64,000 nt of DNA, taken from positions 1 to 64,000 of the forward strand of contig MU626270.1 of the NCBI GenBank assembly GCA_025603075.1. Reading direction: 5' to 3'. Both the position numbers and the translations under genes were made by a program. Below are positions 16,655-29,771 of this stretch, piece after piece. The DNA comes from Neoconidiobolus thromboides FSU 785. Taxonomy: Eukaryota; Fungi; Entomophthoromycota. Position 1 is the stretch's first letter. Every line of letters starts with the position of its first letter. The notes beneath the pieces are model-generated. The model had not been told where the DNA came from. It ran no database searches and worked only from the letters and a program-made list of their open reading frames with translations.

Positions 16655-17154
16655 ATATGCTTATTTAATGTCTAGATTTAATATAGTATTGTAAAAAATA
16701 ACTGGGTGTTATGTTTATTATTTGACTTTTAAAAAAAACAATTTATAATTTTACTTTAAATATTAAATTTATAACTTTTTATATCCATATTACTTTTATC
16801 AGGCGCTTAAGCGGATATCTATTTAAATTTAAAACAAAATCTTAATAATCTATTTATTATATTGAAACCATTTATTAATTTCATCAAAGTTAAATAAAAT
16901 GAGTCAAAGAATCCAGGTTTAAACTTGAACAGGCTCCAAATAATCTTAAGTAATGTGGCAAAGTGTGCAAAATCTCTTTAAAGCATTTTCAAAATTAGTA
17001 TTCATTAAACACAACCTTTAATGTCATAATATTTGCACCTTCTTTTATCACTTATATAATATTTTCATCTCAAAATTTTAATCTGGAAAAGGAAAGGTTT
17101 AAGACAAAAACTCGATGAGTGAAATTTTGGGCAAAGATGTTATATGCAACATAT

Positions 17155-17248
17155 GATGATATTTTTTGATTTCATTACTTTTCCCATTTTTTGAGCGCTA
17201 TTTGAGCAGAAAGATTGTTATTAAAATTCTTAAGCAAAATACATTCCC
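17155..17248 (-). mobile_element. MITE family A copy 11
   Basis: Reverse-complement copy; flanks ATAT/ATAT. Confidence 0.8.
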
Positions 17249-17444
17249 ATATTGTGAAAAAAATTCGGAGGATTTAAATCATTATTTTAGTACTTATCTC
17301 CGCACCCACCATACAGAAACCTAGACTAATTAAGCATTCATAAATTAATTTATTCCCTCTTTTTTGCTATAATGTTCTACTTTCACATACAGCATTTGAT
17401 CTGTCAGTGAAACTCTAATTTAACACATTAATTAAATAGCATAT

Positions 17445-17543
17445 GGGGATGTATTTTTGCGTTTAAGAATTTTGTTAGCAAATTTTCCGCTTAGATAGCG
17501 CTTAAAAAATGGAAGAAATAATGAAGTTAAAAAAGACACTCCC
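17445..17543 (+). mobile_element. MITE family A copy 12
   Basis: Full copy; flanks ATAT/ATAT. Confidence 0.85.
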
Positions 17544-19085
17544 ATATACTGAAATAAATATATCAAGTTTTAAGGTTTAAAATTTATGGGATAATATATA
17601 TCAATAGTCAAAAATTAAATAGTTTAAAAAATATTATACTTAAGCAATATATATCACATAAGCACAAAGAAGCAAGGGTTTAAAAATTAGCTTGTTCAAC
17701 TTTTATTGCTTTTCAATGAGCCAATGGATACTTCATTAGTGTTGTTTTTTGTATAGGAATTTATTAAATTGAATTATTTATCTAAATTGTCAAACTAAAG
17801 CTTTACTGAGCCAAATCAAGTGCTATAAAAATCTGTATCATTATTATGGATTAATATTAAGTAGGTTTTTATATGCTCAGATTTTTATGCAATTTCTATA
17901 AATTGTAGCCATTTATAACTGGAATGGCTACACGTTATTGAATCTTCAAAAACCATAGAATATAAAAATCTACCTGATACTATAACTGAATCAAAGATTC
18001 AATACAGCTGTTGCAACTATTTTACGACTTTTTTAGCAATAACTTTTATGATAAAACTCTTTGTTTGGCCAATTTTTTAGTGTGTGATCGGTATAATTTT
18101 TGAGCTAATTTTAACACAAAGTGTTTTCTTTAATGAATAGTTAATTAGATCGAAAAAGAGCTGGAATAGCTATAGAATATTTGAGGGGTTATACCCTTTT
18201 AAGCTTTTTTTTATAACAAAAATCTAAAAGGTAATTTCGATGACGTAACATAGATTATAACTTAAGCCCATGATCAATATGATTTACAAATAAAATGATC
18301 ACTAAAACAAAATAAATTTTGAAATAAAAAAAATGAAATAGTAAAGCTTATTAAAATCCCGAAACCATTACTTGGACAATTATAGTTTAAATATCACTAT
18401 TAAAAATTAAAGTGCAAAAGCTTAAAACAGGGCTTAATTTTACGATCATTTATGTTGAAAAGAAGATAGGTTTTGGTATAATGGTGGCTTAATATTGTTT
18501 GTAAACTTTGTATATTTGTTAGAATTAAGAATAATCTATGAATGAGACGTATCAAGAATAGAGGATTTAGAATGCTACTGTTGGGGTGAGTATATTTTGA
18601 AATGAGGATATATCATTTACTTTAACTACAGTTCAATATTATATACTTTTATTGGCCTTATTGCAATTTATTATTTTTGTTTAAAATGATGCATTTATAC
18701 TATATAGTTTTAGCGATATCCTGCCATAAACTATTAAAATCTACTATTTCAAATCACTTATAAAATATGAATAAACTTAATTTAGTAGTTCTACTTAAAT
18801 TAGCATTATTACCAAAGATATAAAAGGTCTAGTTTAAGTTGTTTATAACTTGTATCTCCATTTAAATATTAAAAAACAAATATTTAATAACTTCTTGACT
18901 CATTTACCACTATCAAATTTATTTAATTTTAGAGCTTAGTATCTACCTCAACTACTAAAATTCATGTTATTTTCATAATCTTTTCTGATTTTTTACTTGA
19001 TTTACCAATCTTAAAATCTCTTAACTGCCAAACTCATAGCCAACCAAAAAGTATAAAATCAACTTGAAGTACAAATTTAAATAGC

Positions 19086-21167
19086 ATGGATCCAACTGTT
19101 CAACCTTCAAATTATAATCAACCATGCGATTTGTGTCGTACTCGTAGAGTCAAATGTGATCGACAGTTCCCATGTAACCGATGCTCAAAGAGGAACAGTA
19201 CATGTAGCTATGACTACATCATTAAAAAGAGAGGCAGGATCAAGAGAGTGGTGGAAAATAATCTTGAAGAAATTCCAATGACTTTGGCGGGTAACACTAA
19301 GTTGATATTTTTATTAGTAGTTTGATTAATTTATTGTTTAGCTAGGAAAATAAAAAAGGGCTCGAAGTTAAGGATAAAGGATATGACCTCCTCTGTTAAG
19401 TTAAAAGCGCATCCAAAACTGATGCCAATGGGGTATGAGCTTGGAACGATGAATAGCTTAGAGGGTAAACTAGGTAATACAAAGATGACAATATCTAAAG
19501 ATAATAGTGACATGATTACAATGCATAACCGGTTAGCTCCACAGCTAAATTCACTAAACAAGAAGCCTAGTGGGTTTGATTTTTTTAGAATACCAATAAC
19601 AAAATGGATTGAGTTTACAAACTACATGAACACCCCGATACGTGCAGACACAGAACTAAGGGTCTTGAAGTCAATTTCACGCACCCATTTTAATCACTTT
19701 TTTACAAACTCGTTGCTCAAATTGGATTTAAAAAATAAGGGGCTTCAAAAGACGATAAAGCAACAACTAGTACTTGAAAGAAATGCCAGCAATTCTCAAG
19801 GGTTTTTACATACAGTACAAACCTCAATATATTTGAATAGTATTAAAAAAAGGATAAATACAAGTTCTAAAGAGGATATTTTAGATTTAAATGAAAAAGT
19901 GGAAGTGAATAGATTTCAATACTATCAAGTCTATTTGAATTCTTACTTTGAACATATACATCCTTACTTTCCAGTCATTTCAAAGAAAGACCTATTAGAC
20001 CCTAAAACCCCACCTTCTTTGATTTTGGTCACTGCTGTCTGTTATGGTGGGGCTGTGTTTTTGAAAGGATGCTCAAATACCACGATTAAATATTTTGAAA
20101 CTCGTACTATGAATTACGTTAAGCAGTGCTATAATATAAATCGTTTGGATATTATCTGTGCTATTTTAATCCTGGTTTATCTGGAGTATGATTTAAAATA
20201 TTATGCTAGAGGATGGATCTATTTAGGCATTGCTACTAGAATGGGCTATACTTTAGGGCTCAACATAAAACCGAGTAAATATCTACCGCCTGATACTATT
20301 GAGAAGAGATCGAGAATCTGGTGGTGGATATACATCCTTAACAAACTATTTGCTTTCGGGTTATATCGACCTTGGTGTATAGAATTCGCCCATTGTTCTT
20401 CACCTTTCCCAAAAGATACCAGGGGAGATATTATGTGTGATAGGTGCAATCCAAGCCTATTGTTTCAGAGTCAATTGCTGCTAATGTTTACTAAACATAT
20501 GGCTATATTGTTTCATAAACTTTCATTTATATATACATTACAACGTGGGCTTATTTATCGTATTGAGGAGATCGACATCAATATGATTAATTATATCAAG
20601 GATATGGTTGATGTTCAGTATAAGCGTTGGGATAAACGGATGACCAGGGACTTTTATAATATTTATGAAAAGTACGGTAGTGAGCTTCCATTGCTGAAAA
20701 ATTATGTCATAAATTTAAGAGTGTTGTTCCTTGGCTCTTGGATAGAAATGATACGTACCTTTGTTAAGTCGAATTCAACACAACCCTGCTTAGATCTAAT
20801 TAATAAACTATCAGAAAGTACCTCTTCGTCTATTATCTCCCAAGTAGAAAAAGGAGGTAAAATGTTTTTAAGGTACGGTAACCAGTATAGAGTTTATTGC
20901 TTAAGTAATGCAACTGCTACCCAACTGGCAATCTGTTTTTCATACAACACAAAAGAGATTCATTTACAACCTTCATTTGGCTGGTTTAAGTCTGGATTTT
21001 TATTGCTTGGACAGGCAGCGGTAGCTAACCGTTTACCTAAGTTTCTATGTAGATTGATTGTCTCTATGGCGACAGACAAAAGCATTGATATCTTTGATCA
21101 TTTGCCTAAAGAGGCGGTTAGTAAAATTAAACTTCTCCTAGAGAGTAATCATGGAGATGAAACTTAA
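19086..21167 (+). CDS. Zn(II)2Cys6 transcription factor with fungal-specific TF middle homology domain
   Basis: CDLCRTRRVKCDRQFPCNRCSKRNSTC cluster in exon 1; intron from ~19291 (gtaacac...ttgtttag); exon 2 has YFEHIHPYFPVI and EKRSRIWWWIYILNK motifs. Confidence 0.92.
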
Positions 21168-21418
21168 ATTGTATTGCTTGCTATTTATAAAATTAATTTA
21201 GATTTTATTTATTAGATATATTTTTGAATTGCTTTACCAAAAAAACAAATTAAATCTTTAATCAAGTACTCTTTGATTTATTCAAACTGTAGAATATGTT
21301 TTTGAAAGTAATTAGCGGTGCATTAAGTTTTAATGCAAATAAACTAGTTTTAACTATTATTAATTTATATTTTATTTTATTAAATTATTTATAAATTTAT
21401 TATACTACAAAATAAGTG

Positions 21419-22303
21419 TTAAGCTAGGCCACTGTCTGCTTCTTTGCTATAGTGTAAGTCTTCCTTAAGTTTAGCCAAAGGAATATGATTTGTTCTATAA
21501 TCCCAAATTGACCTATAAAACATACGATAAGCGATTATTGAATAGATAGCACCAATGATCGACCCTGCTAAAATATCATACCAATTATGGGTAAAGTCTA
21601 GTAAACGAGTAAGAGAAATCACTGATGCAATAAGGATAGGTGAAGTAACTAATAGCAACTTCCAATAAGGAACTTGTCGATCAGAGTACAGTTTTAATTT
21701 ACCATTCAAGTAAAAGAACAAAAATAGTAAGCCAGCCCATGCTGCATTAGAATGACCACTTGGAAAACTTTGTAAAGCATCTGAGATATCTCTATAATCC
21801 CCAGTGCAAATTGAACGATCGAAATAAATATGATTGAATCCTTGACCTTGAACTTTGGACATGTCTGGTTTACACATCTCTAGAAAGAATGGACGTACAC
21901 CACCAATAAGCCATTTAAGTACTACTTGGAAAAAAGAGGAACCAGCTAATGAAAAGAATAAGCCCATCAAGCCAGCCATAAAATCAGCAGCACAACGTTT
22001 TTTGATAAAGATACCAGCGAAAGCGACAAGAGAGAAAATAAAGGAAAGCAAAGCACTTAACCAAAGGGGAACAATTTCAGTCTTAATAGGGTAGGCAGTA
22101 TTCTCATTCAATGGCAAAGGGGAATTAGTGTTTGGATCAGTTACTGTAAATAGCCTTGTTCCAGCGGGTGGAGCAACATACATGCCTATGGATAAAGCAC
22201 CGAAGATAACTAGGATTATATAATCCTTCCAGTATGATTTTACTAGTCTCCACCATCTTCCACAATTACATCTTTCCAAGCCATTAGAGTGATCCATTTT
22301 CAA
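21419..22303 (-). CDS. PAP2-family lipid phosphate/diacylglycerol pyrophosphate phosphatase
   Basis: KWLIGGVRP (C1), SFPSGHS (C2), SLTRLLDFTHNWYDILAG (C3); six TM segments. Confidence 0.92.
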   Translation of the reverse strand: MKMDHSNGLERCNCGRWWRLVKSYWKDYIILVIFGALSIGMYVAPPAGTRLFTVTDPNTNSPLPLNENTAYPIKTEIVPLWLSALLSFIFSLVAFAGIFIKKRCAADFMAGLMGLFFSLAGSSFFQVVLKWLIGGVRPFFLEMCKPDMSKVQGQGFNHIYFDRSICTGDYRDISDALQSFPSGHSNAAWAGLLFLFFYLNGKLKLYSDRQVPYWKLLLVTSPILIASVISLTRLLDFTHNWYDILAGSIIGAIYSIIAYRMFYRSIWDYRTNHIPLAKLKEDLHYSKEADSGLA

Positions 22304-22632
22304 ACTTGATTTAATAAATTTTTATGAATTTTCACCACTTTTATAGAGTTTTCTTGTAGTTAGGTAAAAATGACGGAATCTTAATAAAAGCAAATCAAAT
22401 CTACCGAGGTTGGCCATCATCTTGAAATCATAAAATTTACTATTTTAAGTTAGACTTTAACTAAAATTAATTGGTCAAACTTTTAATTCCCTTTTTTTAA
22501 ACTAAATTTAATTTATTATGTAATTCATACAAGCTAATTTGTGTATTGACTGTAATATTCGAAAATAAAATAAACTGCATTGTTATGATTTAATTTAACA
22601 CTTAATTAAATTAATTAAAATCAATATTCATT

Positions 22633-23960
22633 TTATTTAATACTAAATGATTCACTGTTCAACTCTTCTTCAACACTGGCTGGACTAGGGATCCACTCAC
22701 TACTATTATTGTTCCTATTACTAACTACATCCAGCATAATAAAAGTATATGCCACTACCATGCCTCCCAAAAATCCAATAGCATCCGATTTAAATCCTAA
22801 CTGCAATGCGGACGTAACCAAAAGCACAGTAAAATCTCTATCTTTTCTTTCCTTCTCCTCATGTCTACTAAAATTCTTGGCTGCTGCACTTAATTCTAAC
22901 CCACATACAAATAGCAATACTGCTAGGATCGAGGTGGGATAATTGGAGATACTTGATAATAGACTATCTCCTAATATTAATCCTAATAATAGCTTAATAA
23001 CCCCCAGAACAATGATGCTAACTTCAGAGCGGGCGCCGAATCGATATTGTCCAGCTAAACCACCAGAGCCATGACAATAAGGCACTGACCCAAAAAAACA
23101 GCCGATTAAGTTCATGGCGCCCACACTGATGGCAATGTGATTGATCGAGTGAGGTGCTTTATTGGGGAACAAGTCATCAGCTAAAGCGGCTAAAGCAATT
23201 ACTGAGTTCAACAAGGTTAAAGGCAGTTGACCTAAACCTGCTTTAATAATACCATTTTTGAATTCAGTGCTAGATGGTACAGTAACAGCAGGATTGAATA
23301 AAGAAAAATAAGGACCTTGAATATGGTTTAAAGCCATGTATAATATTGTTAAAAATAGACCTAGGGTGAATAAGATAAAGGCGGAGGGGATTCTTAAGTT
23401 AAAGTAAAACAGAAAAACCAAAAAGAAACAAACGATGAAATAATAATAGTTATTGGCCCATGATAGTGGTGGTACAAAGGATAAAGTTTGAGTCATTTCA
23501 CATGCTTTTATACTTAATAATAACCCAGCACCTAACTGAATACCCCTGATCACTGGTAATGGAATGAATTTGTTAAGGTAGCCTAAGGTTCGACTCAGGC
23601 CTAAAAAAGCTACCACACTCGATACGAATAGCCCAGCTGACATCACTTCAGGTAATGTTAGTTTATTAGTCAATGCAGAAGCAGCAATGGCTAGAAATTG
23701 TAAGTAAAGATATAAAAGTTAAAAGTAAGATTACCTTTCATGGGCTGAACACACATAGGAATCTTAAATATCAATCCGGTCAGGATATTCCATAGGCCTC
23801 CGAAGAATAGGGAGGAGGATAAAGAGATCTGGTTGCTTTTTGAAAGTGTGATAAGAATCGGGATCAGGGTACCTAAATCCCCTAAACTACCGCTTAGCTC
23901 TAACCAGCTGATATGGCTCTTTAGATGAAGGAAATAGAGTTTTAGTGAGGTTAGATTCAT
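22633..23960 (-). CDS. Molybdate transporter (MOT1/MOT2 family), one intron
   Basis: ELSGSLGDLGTLIP, IPMCVQPMK and PYCHGSGGLAGQYRFGARS family motifs. Confidence 0.9.
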
Positions 23961-24516
23961 TTTCTTTCCGTTTTAAAAGTTAAGGAAGGGGGATTTTATA
24001 CATGTCAAAGGTGAGATTTTATTCTTTAGCTGTAAAATATTCTTGCTTTATTTAGACAACTATTTTGGGTATGAATTTCGGAATTTTTCGACTTGTTTTT
24101 TTTTTTTTTTGGCAGTGATTGTGTTAATCTATAAAATTAAAATAAAATATATGAATGTGTAATAATCTATTATTATGGTTAAAATGATTATGCTTTAAAC
24201 AAATATTTCTTATACCATATCTCTTAACTTTATTGATTTAAATTTTGTAAAATCAACTAAAATACCAAACTTGGAATTTTAAGGTAATATAAATGGATTC
24301 GTTAGTCATTCTAATTTAAATGATTATATTTAAATAGAATAGAATAGAACTATAAAAAAGCGAAGAATAAAAATATCAAAAAGAAACACCAATTGATACA
24401 AGTATAAAAAAAATATTTTTTATTAGTGACAGCCAAAGACAAATAAACTTTTAGCTTTTTTAAAGTTGGATTAAACAAGTTTCTAACATAAAACCTAACA
24501 TAAAACATGGCAGATC

Positions 24517-26964
24517 CTAAAAGTGAATACCAAGCTTTTGGGCTTGTTGAATAGCAGACGGATATCCAAGGGAGGCAGACTTGATAAGCATTTCCCTTGC
24601 TAAAAGAGGATTGCGTGATGTACCTCTACCAGCCGCATACGCTGCAAACAGATGGTAATATCCCTTACGATTCCCAAGCTCAGCCGACCTTTTAAAATAG
24701 CTGAATGCTTTTACCAGATCTAAATTAGGATTATCACTATCTCTATAAACCAAACCGAGTAAATCCAAAGCATCAGAGTCATCTGCTGCAGCAGCCCTCT
24801 CAAGGTGAAAGGTAGCTAAGGGTATATTCTTTTCAACTACTTTTTCTTGACCCCAAAAGTAATAGTAACCTAAAAAGTAATCCGCACGGGTATAGCCATA
24901 TCTTTGTAATTCCGTAAACTTATCAAACGCCTCTTGATTTCTTCTTTCATTATGATCAATCACTGCTTGTTCCATTAGTTCTAATGGATCCTGAAGAAGG
25001 GATGCTATATTTTCTCCTTCTAATATGTCCGTACGATCCGTCTCATGTTCTCCAAATTGTGAATTTTCCAAGGATCGCAAGCCTCTTGCTCGAAAAGAGG
25101 TATTTGGAGATGTATCTGCTGGTGGGCTGATAGGGTAATCAAAGGTACCATTTGAGTTGTTATTTATCATGGGCGACTGGTTATATTGACTATGTACGCT
25201 CCTATATTCAGTGGCGCTTCCAGGGGGTGATTGTAAAGGAGTAGTTGCTCTAGGTTGATTGTTGATATTCGTTTGATCATTTGAATTGTTATGAAATGGA
25301 TAACTATAAGAACTAGTAGCTCTATATTCACTATTTATATTACTAGAATGTGGTTGTGTAAAATATCCACTATCAACCTGATAGTTTGAATTTCTAGTAT
25401 CAACAGAACCATTAGATGAAGGAACATGGTGGACATTGGCAGAAGTTCCAATTTTTACATGCTGTATTTGGTTAGTAATTTTAGTAACCTCATCATTTGT
25501 GTGGTTGTTTTTATTTTCTAAATATGAGGTTTGTGTGCTCATTAAAGAACCTGGAGGAGTTTTTTCCATTGTGGATTCTCTATCAAATTCTTTTGATACA
25601 GTTTGATCAATATCGTTGATAAGTTGTGCAGAAGTCGGTCTTTTATTTGTATCTTCATGAAAACATAATTTAATAATGGGCAAAATTAATGGATTTACAA
25701 TTGTCATATCCTCTCTTCCTCCATTAAGAACATATTCTTCAACAGCTTGTCTATCTTTAAAAGATTGATAAGGATAACGCCCAGTCCATAAGGACCATAA
25801 TACCATCCCCACACTATACACATCACCTCCTTGTGTAGAAGCAGCATAAGACCTAATTTTCTCTGGAGGAATCCAACGATGCCTGTCAGAACCCAAATCA
25901 ACTACAGGTACTGTGTATATATCTACATCTGTTTCACGACTGAATTCAAACCCTGATATTTTTGCTTTGTATTCTGAAGTAACCATGATACTACTGGTCT
26001 TAATATTTTTATGAAGAATACCAAGATTATGCAAAAAAGCCACCCCTTCAACAATATTTGTGGTCATATTAATCATGACTGGAGTTTCTAAAGTTTGTCC
26101 GGAGGCCAAAACTTCTTTAAGGTTCCCTAGGCTTGCATATTCTGTAATCAAACCAAAGGAAGTGGACTTTTTATGGGTACCGTAAAATTTGATAATAAAT
26201 GGACAAACTTCAAGTTTCTTTAGAATAGCAACTTGCTTATAAATTTGTGTGAGTACTTTCTTATCATTTAATGAGCCACGGTAGACTTTTTCTGCTACCT
26301 CTACTGATTTATATATACGCTTGTGTACTGCAAAATTCCTTCCTTGCCTTGGTGATTCTCCCGGTATAACCTTGATTTGTCGGTCAGGTAACTCTAGGCC
26401 CTCTAGATTCATATTTGTAGAAGAATTTACCTCTTGAATTTGACTTAAAAGCTGAGTTCTATCAGCATCGGTGCCATTAACATTTCCTTTCATATCATCA
26501 ATATTGTTGGTAGATAGATTTAGTGCATTTTCAGTACTAATAAGGGCTTTATCAGATTCTGGACCAGCTGAAAAATTAGCAGAAAGGCTATGTTTCAGTG
26601 CAGATAACGATTTTTCAATTTCTTGTGATAGCAATAAAAGGGACTTTTTGTAAGTATCCCTTTGAATAAAACGCATAAACATACCCTTACTAGCAAATTC
26701 GGTAAGAAATCCAAGGATAGAATCCAAAAGCCTTAAATAATTCGAAAAAGTTAAATAGTAACGTTTATTTTCGAAATAAATGATATTGGATTCATAAGAA
26801 TTAATTAAGTCTTCGACGTATTTATGACTTTGTAATATTTTCCCTTCTAACGTTTTACAAGCTACTTTACTATGTTTATATCCTTTAAGCATAAGCGTTA
26901 TACGCCCTTGTAGATTTTGAGCTTTAAAAAGCAACAGTTTTGTCTCAAACCTTTTATCATTCAT
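24517..26964 (-). CDS. MLKL-like protein: N-terminal helical domain + TKL-type pseudokinase + low-complexity linker + Sel1 repeats
   Basis: Intronless 815 aa ORF; VAEK, HKNIKTSS (HRD replaced), KISGFEFSR (DFG replaced by GFE), RWIPPE; C-terminal Sel1-like repeats (ADYFLGYYY..G, ALDLLGLVY, GYYHLFAAYAAGRG). Confidence 0.85.
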   Translation of the reverse strand: MNDKRFETKLLLFKAQNLQGRITLMLKGYKHSKVACKTLEGKILQSHKYVEDLINSYESNIIYFENKRYYLTFSNYLRLLDSILGFLTEFASKGMFMRFIQRDTYKKSLLLLSQEIEKSLSALKHSLSANFSAGPESDKALISTENALNLSTNNIDDMKGNVNGTDADRTQLLSQIQEVNSSTNMNLEGLELPDRQIKVIPGESPRQGRNFAVHKRIYKSVEVAEKVYRGSLNDKKVLTQIYKQVAILKKLEVCPFIIKFYGTHKKSTSFGLITEYASLGNLKEVLASGQTLETPVMINMTTNIVEGVAFLHNLGILHKNIKTSSIMVTSEYKAKISGFEFSRETDVDIYTVPVVDLGSDRHRWIPPEKIRSYAASTQGGDVYSVGMVLWSLWTGRYPYQSFKDRQAVEEYVLNGGREDMTIVNPLILPIIKLCFHEDTNKRPTSAQLINDIDQTVSKEFDRESTMEKTPPGSLMSTQTSYLENKNNHTNDEVTKITNQIQHVKIGTSANVHHVPSSNGSVDTRNSNYQVDSGYFTQPHSSNINSEYRATSSYSYPFHNNSNDQTNINNQPRATTPLQSPPGSATEYRSVHSQYNQSPMINNNSNGTFDYPISPPADTSPNTSFRARGLRSLENSQFGEHETDRTDILEGENIASLLQDPLELMEQAVIDHNERRNQEAFDKFTELQRYGYTRADYFLGYYYFWGQEKVVEKNIPLATFHLERAAAADDSDALDLLGLVYRDSDNPNLDLVKAFSYFKRSAELGNRKGYYHLFAAYAAGRGTSRNPLLAREMLIKSASLGYPSAIQQAQKLGIHF

Positions 26965-27733
26965 TTTATCTAATCAATTTAGTTAGCTGAGTTAACTTTG
27001 ATATCAGTACTATATGAGATTTATAATGATGAATTGAATTACCTTTAAATTGACAAAAGAAATGTAAATTTTAGATATGATATATAAAAAGAAAGGTCCA
27101 CTTTACTAAAAAATAAGAAAAAAATAAAGAGCGCTCTCAGAGTTAAAACTAAAAAGCAACATTTTAAATTGTCATGATTTATATTTAAGTCTCTCAAATA
27201 ATTTTCGTACGATTGGTTGGAAAATGTTCTGTCTAAACCCCAAACTTAGCATTTTAATGTTCTTTTGTTGAATATTTTATAAGTATTTTACTTATTACCC
27301 TTTTTAATTTCATTGGCTTAAAAAACAGAATTTCACCAATTGTTTAATAACATCACAAAAATGCCCTTCAACTTTAGCGATATTAAAGTTTACATTGCTA
27401 GTTGAGATTATAGTATAAGTTCATTAAATATATATATAATAGATCATAAATAGTTAAATACAAAATATTAACATAAATCAAAATTTACAAAAATAAAGTC
27501 AGCAAATATTTGCATTAAAAAATTCTAAGATACAGTGTTCTTATTGAAAATTTAGAATTGTTTATCCCTTATTCATATTAAATAAAGAAGTAACAATGAG
27601 ATTTAAGATTAAAATAATGACATTATGTCGGATAATAATCTACAATTCATAATGTATTTTGTATTTTATACATATCTGTAATTCATTGGTTTTATTTTTA
27701 GGTAGACGAATTTAATTTACTAAAGATCTATTA

Positions 27734-29103
27734 TTAACATTTGATAAAAATAGAATGATATAAATTCCATTTTAAAATTAAGAAAATCAACACTCCACAA
27801 AAGCTCGAAAAGGCAGTAAATAAAATCATTGGTGTAAATGGATTAGTAAAATTCTGACTATTTTCTAAACTCATCAATGCTGCTGCTATCGGTGGTCCAC
27901 ATAAGTTAGCAATACCACATGATGTGTAAGCTAATCCCATAATACTTGCAATGTTTTCGGTACCTAGGAACAGAATTAATAAAATCTACAAATAAAAAGC
28001 AAGCTATAGGTACCAAATATATCTGGAACAATAGATGGTATCAATGAAGAATAAACACCTGAAACTAAACCAAACAAAACCGAGAATGTAATAATAGAGG
28101 CCAAATTAAAAGCAAATAGCCAGATAAATAAAGAAAAGAAAGTGATTAAAAAAGTAGCTATAGTGAATATGTTTAGTTTGCCAAATTTATCAGCCAATTG
28201 ACCTAACAAAATACGTCCAATGGCAGATGTACCGTTTAATAAACCAACAATGATTGAGGCTGTCGAACGAGATAACCCATAATACTCACAATAAATAGGC
28301 ATCAAAAATATCGGAACTAAGAATCCCAAGTTCTGTATCAATCCATCAAGCCAAAGTAAACAAAATTTAATATCTAAGCATAACTTAGCAATGTTTAATT
28401 TAGCATCATCTGTACTCCCTTTATCCTTACTTTTATCAACCCTTAATTTTATAAATGAAGTAAAGACAATACACGTAACAAATGAAAAGATACCAATGAT
28501 TCTTAAACTTACTGCCAATCCATAGTTAATAATAAATAACTCAATTATTGGACTTAATACTAAACCTCCGATCCCACTTCCAGATACTGCTATTCCTGTT
28601 GCTAAGCCTCTTTTTTTATCAAACCAATTTGATATTATACTTAAACATGGTATATAGGCTATTGATGAACCTATCCCACTTAAAATACCTTGGGTCAAAT
28701 ATAAATGCCATAGCTAATAATTTTATTAATGACTGCTGCTACTAATTGTTAATGTTAAAATTACTTTTGTTGAAAACGAGGCCAAAATTAAAGCAATAGA
28801 AAACAAAGTAGATCCTAGATAGACCATAGGACGATAGCCAAATTTATCAGTTAGTTTACCAGATACAAAGCCTAAGCCAGCTAATAAAGATAAGCTTATT
28901 GAACCTACTAGGGCAAATCTACTTTTATCTTCTACATTGTCAAACTTTTGTTTCATATATTCATTTAAAAAAATGCCATAACTAAACTGAATGCCTACTA
29001 ATATAAAATGTAATATAAAACTAGCTAATACTATCAGCCATCCATAGCCACCATCTACTTTATATTGAAGATTGCTTTTTAAGTTAAACATTATAGTGTT
29101 CAT
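27734..29103 (-). CDS. MFS monocarboxylate transporter (MCT/MCH family), two introns
   Basis: VDGGYGWLIVLASF, SNWFDKKRGLATGIAVSGSGIGG and GRILLGQLADKFG motifs across three ORFs. Confidence 0.92.
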
Positions 29104-29771
29104 TTTTTAACAAAAAGGAGATTTTATTTTAGTGTTATGGAATATATTCAATAATTTTATAGTTCACTTATTTTGTTATTCAGGCTGTTTGCCTTTCAAT
29201 AATAACTTGTTCTTAACTTTTTCTTTTAGATCTAAATAAGCCGAGATTAAATCAAACTTATAAAGAATGATCTTATATTGATTAGTAATGTTACTTTCAT
29301 AATACATCAAAAGTATATACTGTTTTTGATTTTAATCAAAATTAATATTAATTAGTAGTACTTATTATAGGCTTTTGTATATAACGCTAGATTTAGGTAT
29401 TTGAGCTTTCAATCTTTTGAATCTGTTATCCGGTACTTCTGGTGTTTAAACCAACAAATTTAATTTTTCCCTTAAAAGACAAATTAAACACATGTGCTAA
29501 AAACAAATCCTTTGAGTCATTGATTTCCTTCAATGAAAGGAGACATTAGAGGTAAAAGTCAAATACTATGGACTTTACTATTTTATTGAAATAAACCTAC
29601 AATTTTACCATAAACTCCTTTTACCATAAGAATAATTTTGTTAAACTATCTCTCACTTTTTACTTTTAAGTTCAAAAATTACATAATCAACTAGCACCTT
29701 TATGTGAATTTAACTAGTAGTTTGAAATAAATAAAAGTACTTCAAAGAATAAAAGGTATTTTACAATATAT

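Noticed and set aside
19331-26653. Antisense or alternate-frame ORFs (19331..19561, 20246..20449, 21855..22094, 22709..22942, 25704..25901, 26471..26653)
   Set aside because: Shadow ORFs overlapping well-supported genes
19086-29103. Possible metabolic gene cluster (Zn2Cys6 TF, phosphatase, two transporters)
   Set aside because: No backbone biosynthetic enzyme or shared pathway logic; adjacency alone is insufficient
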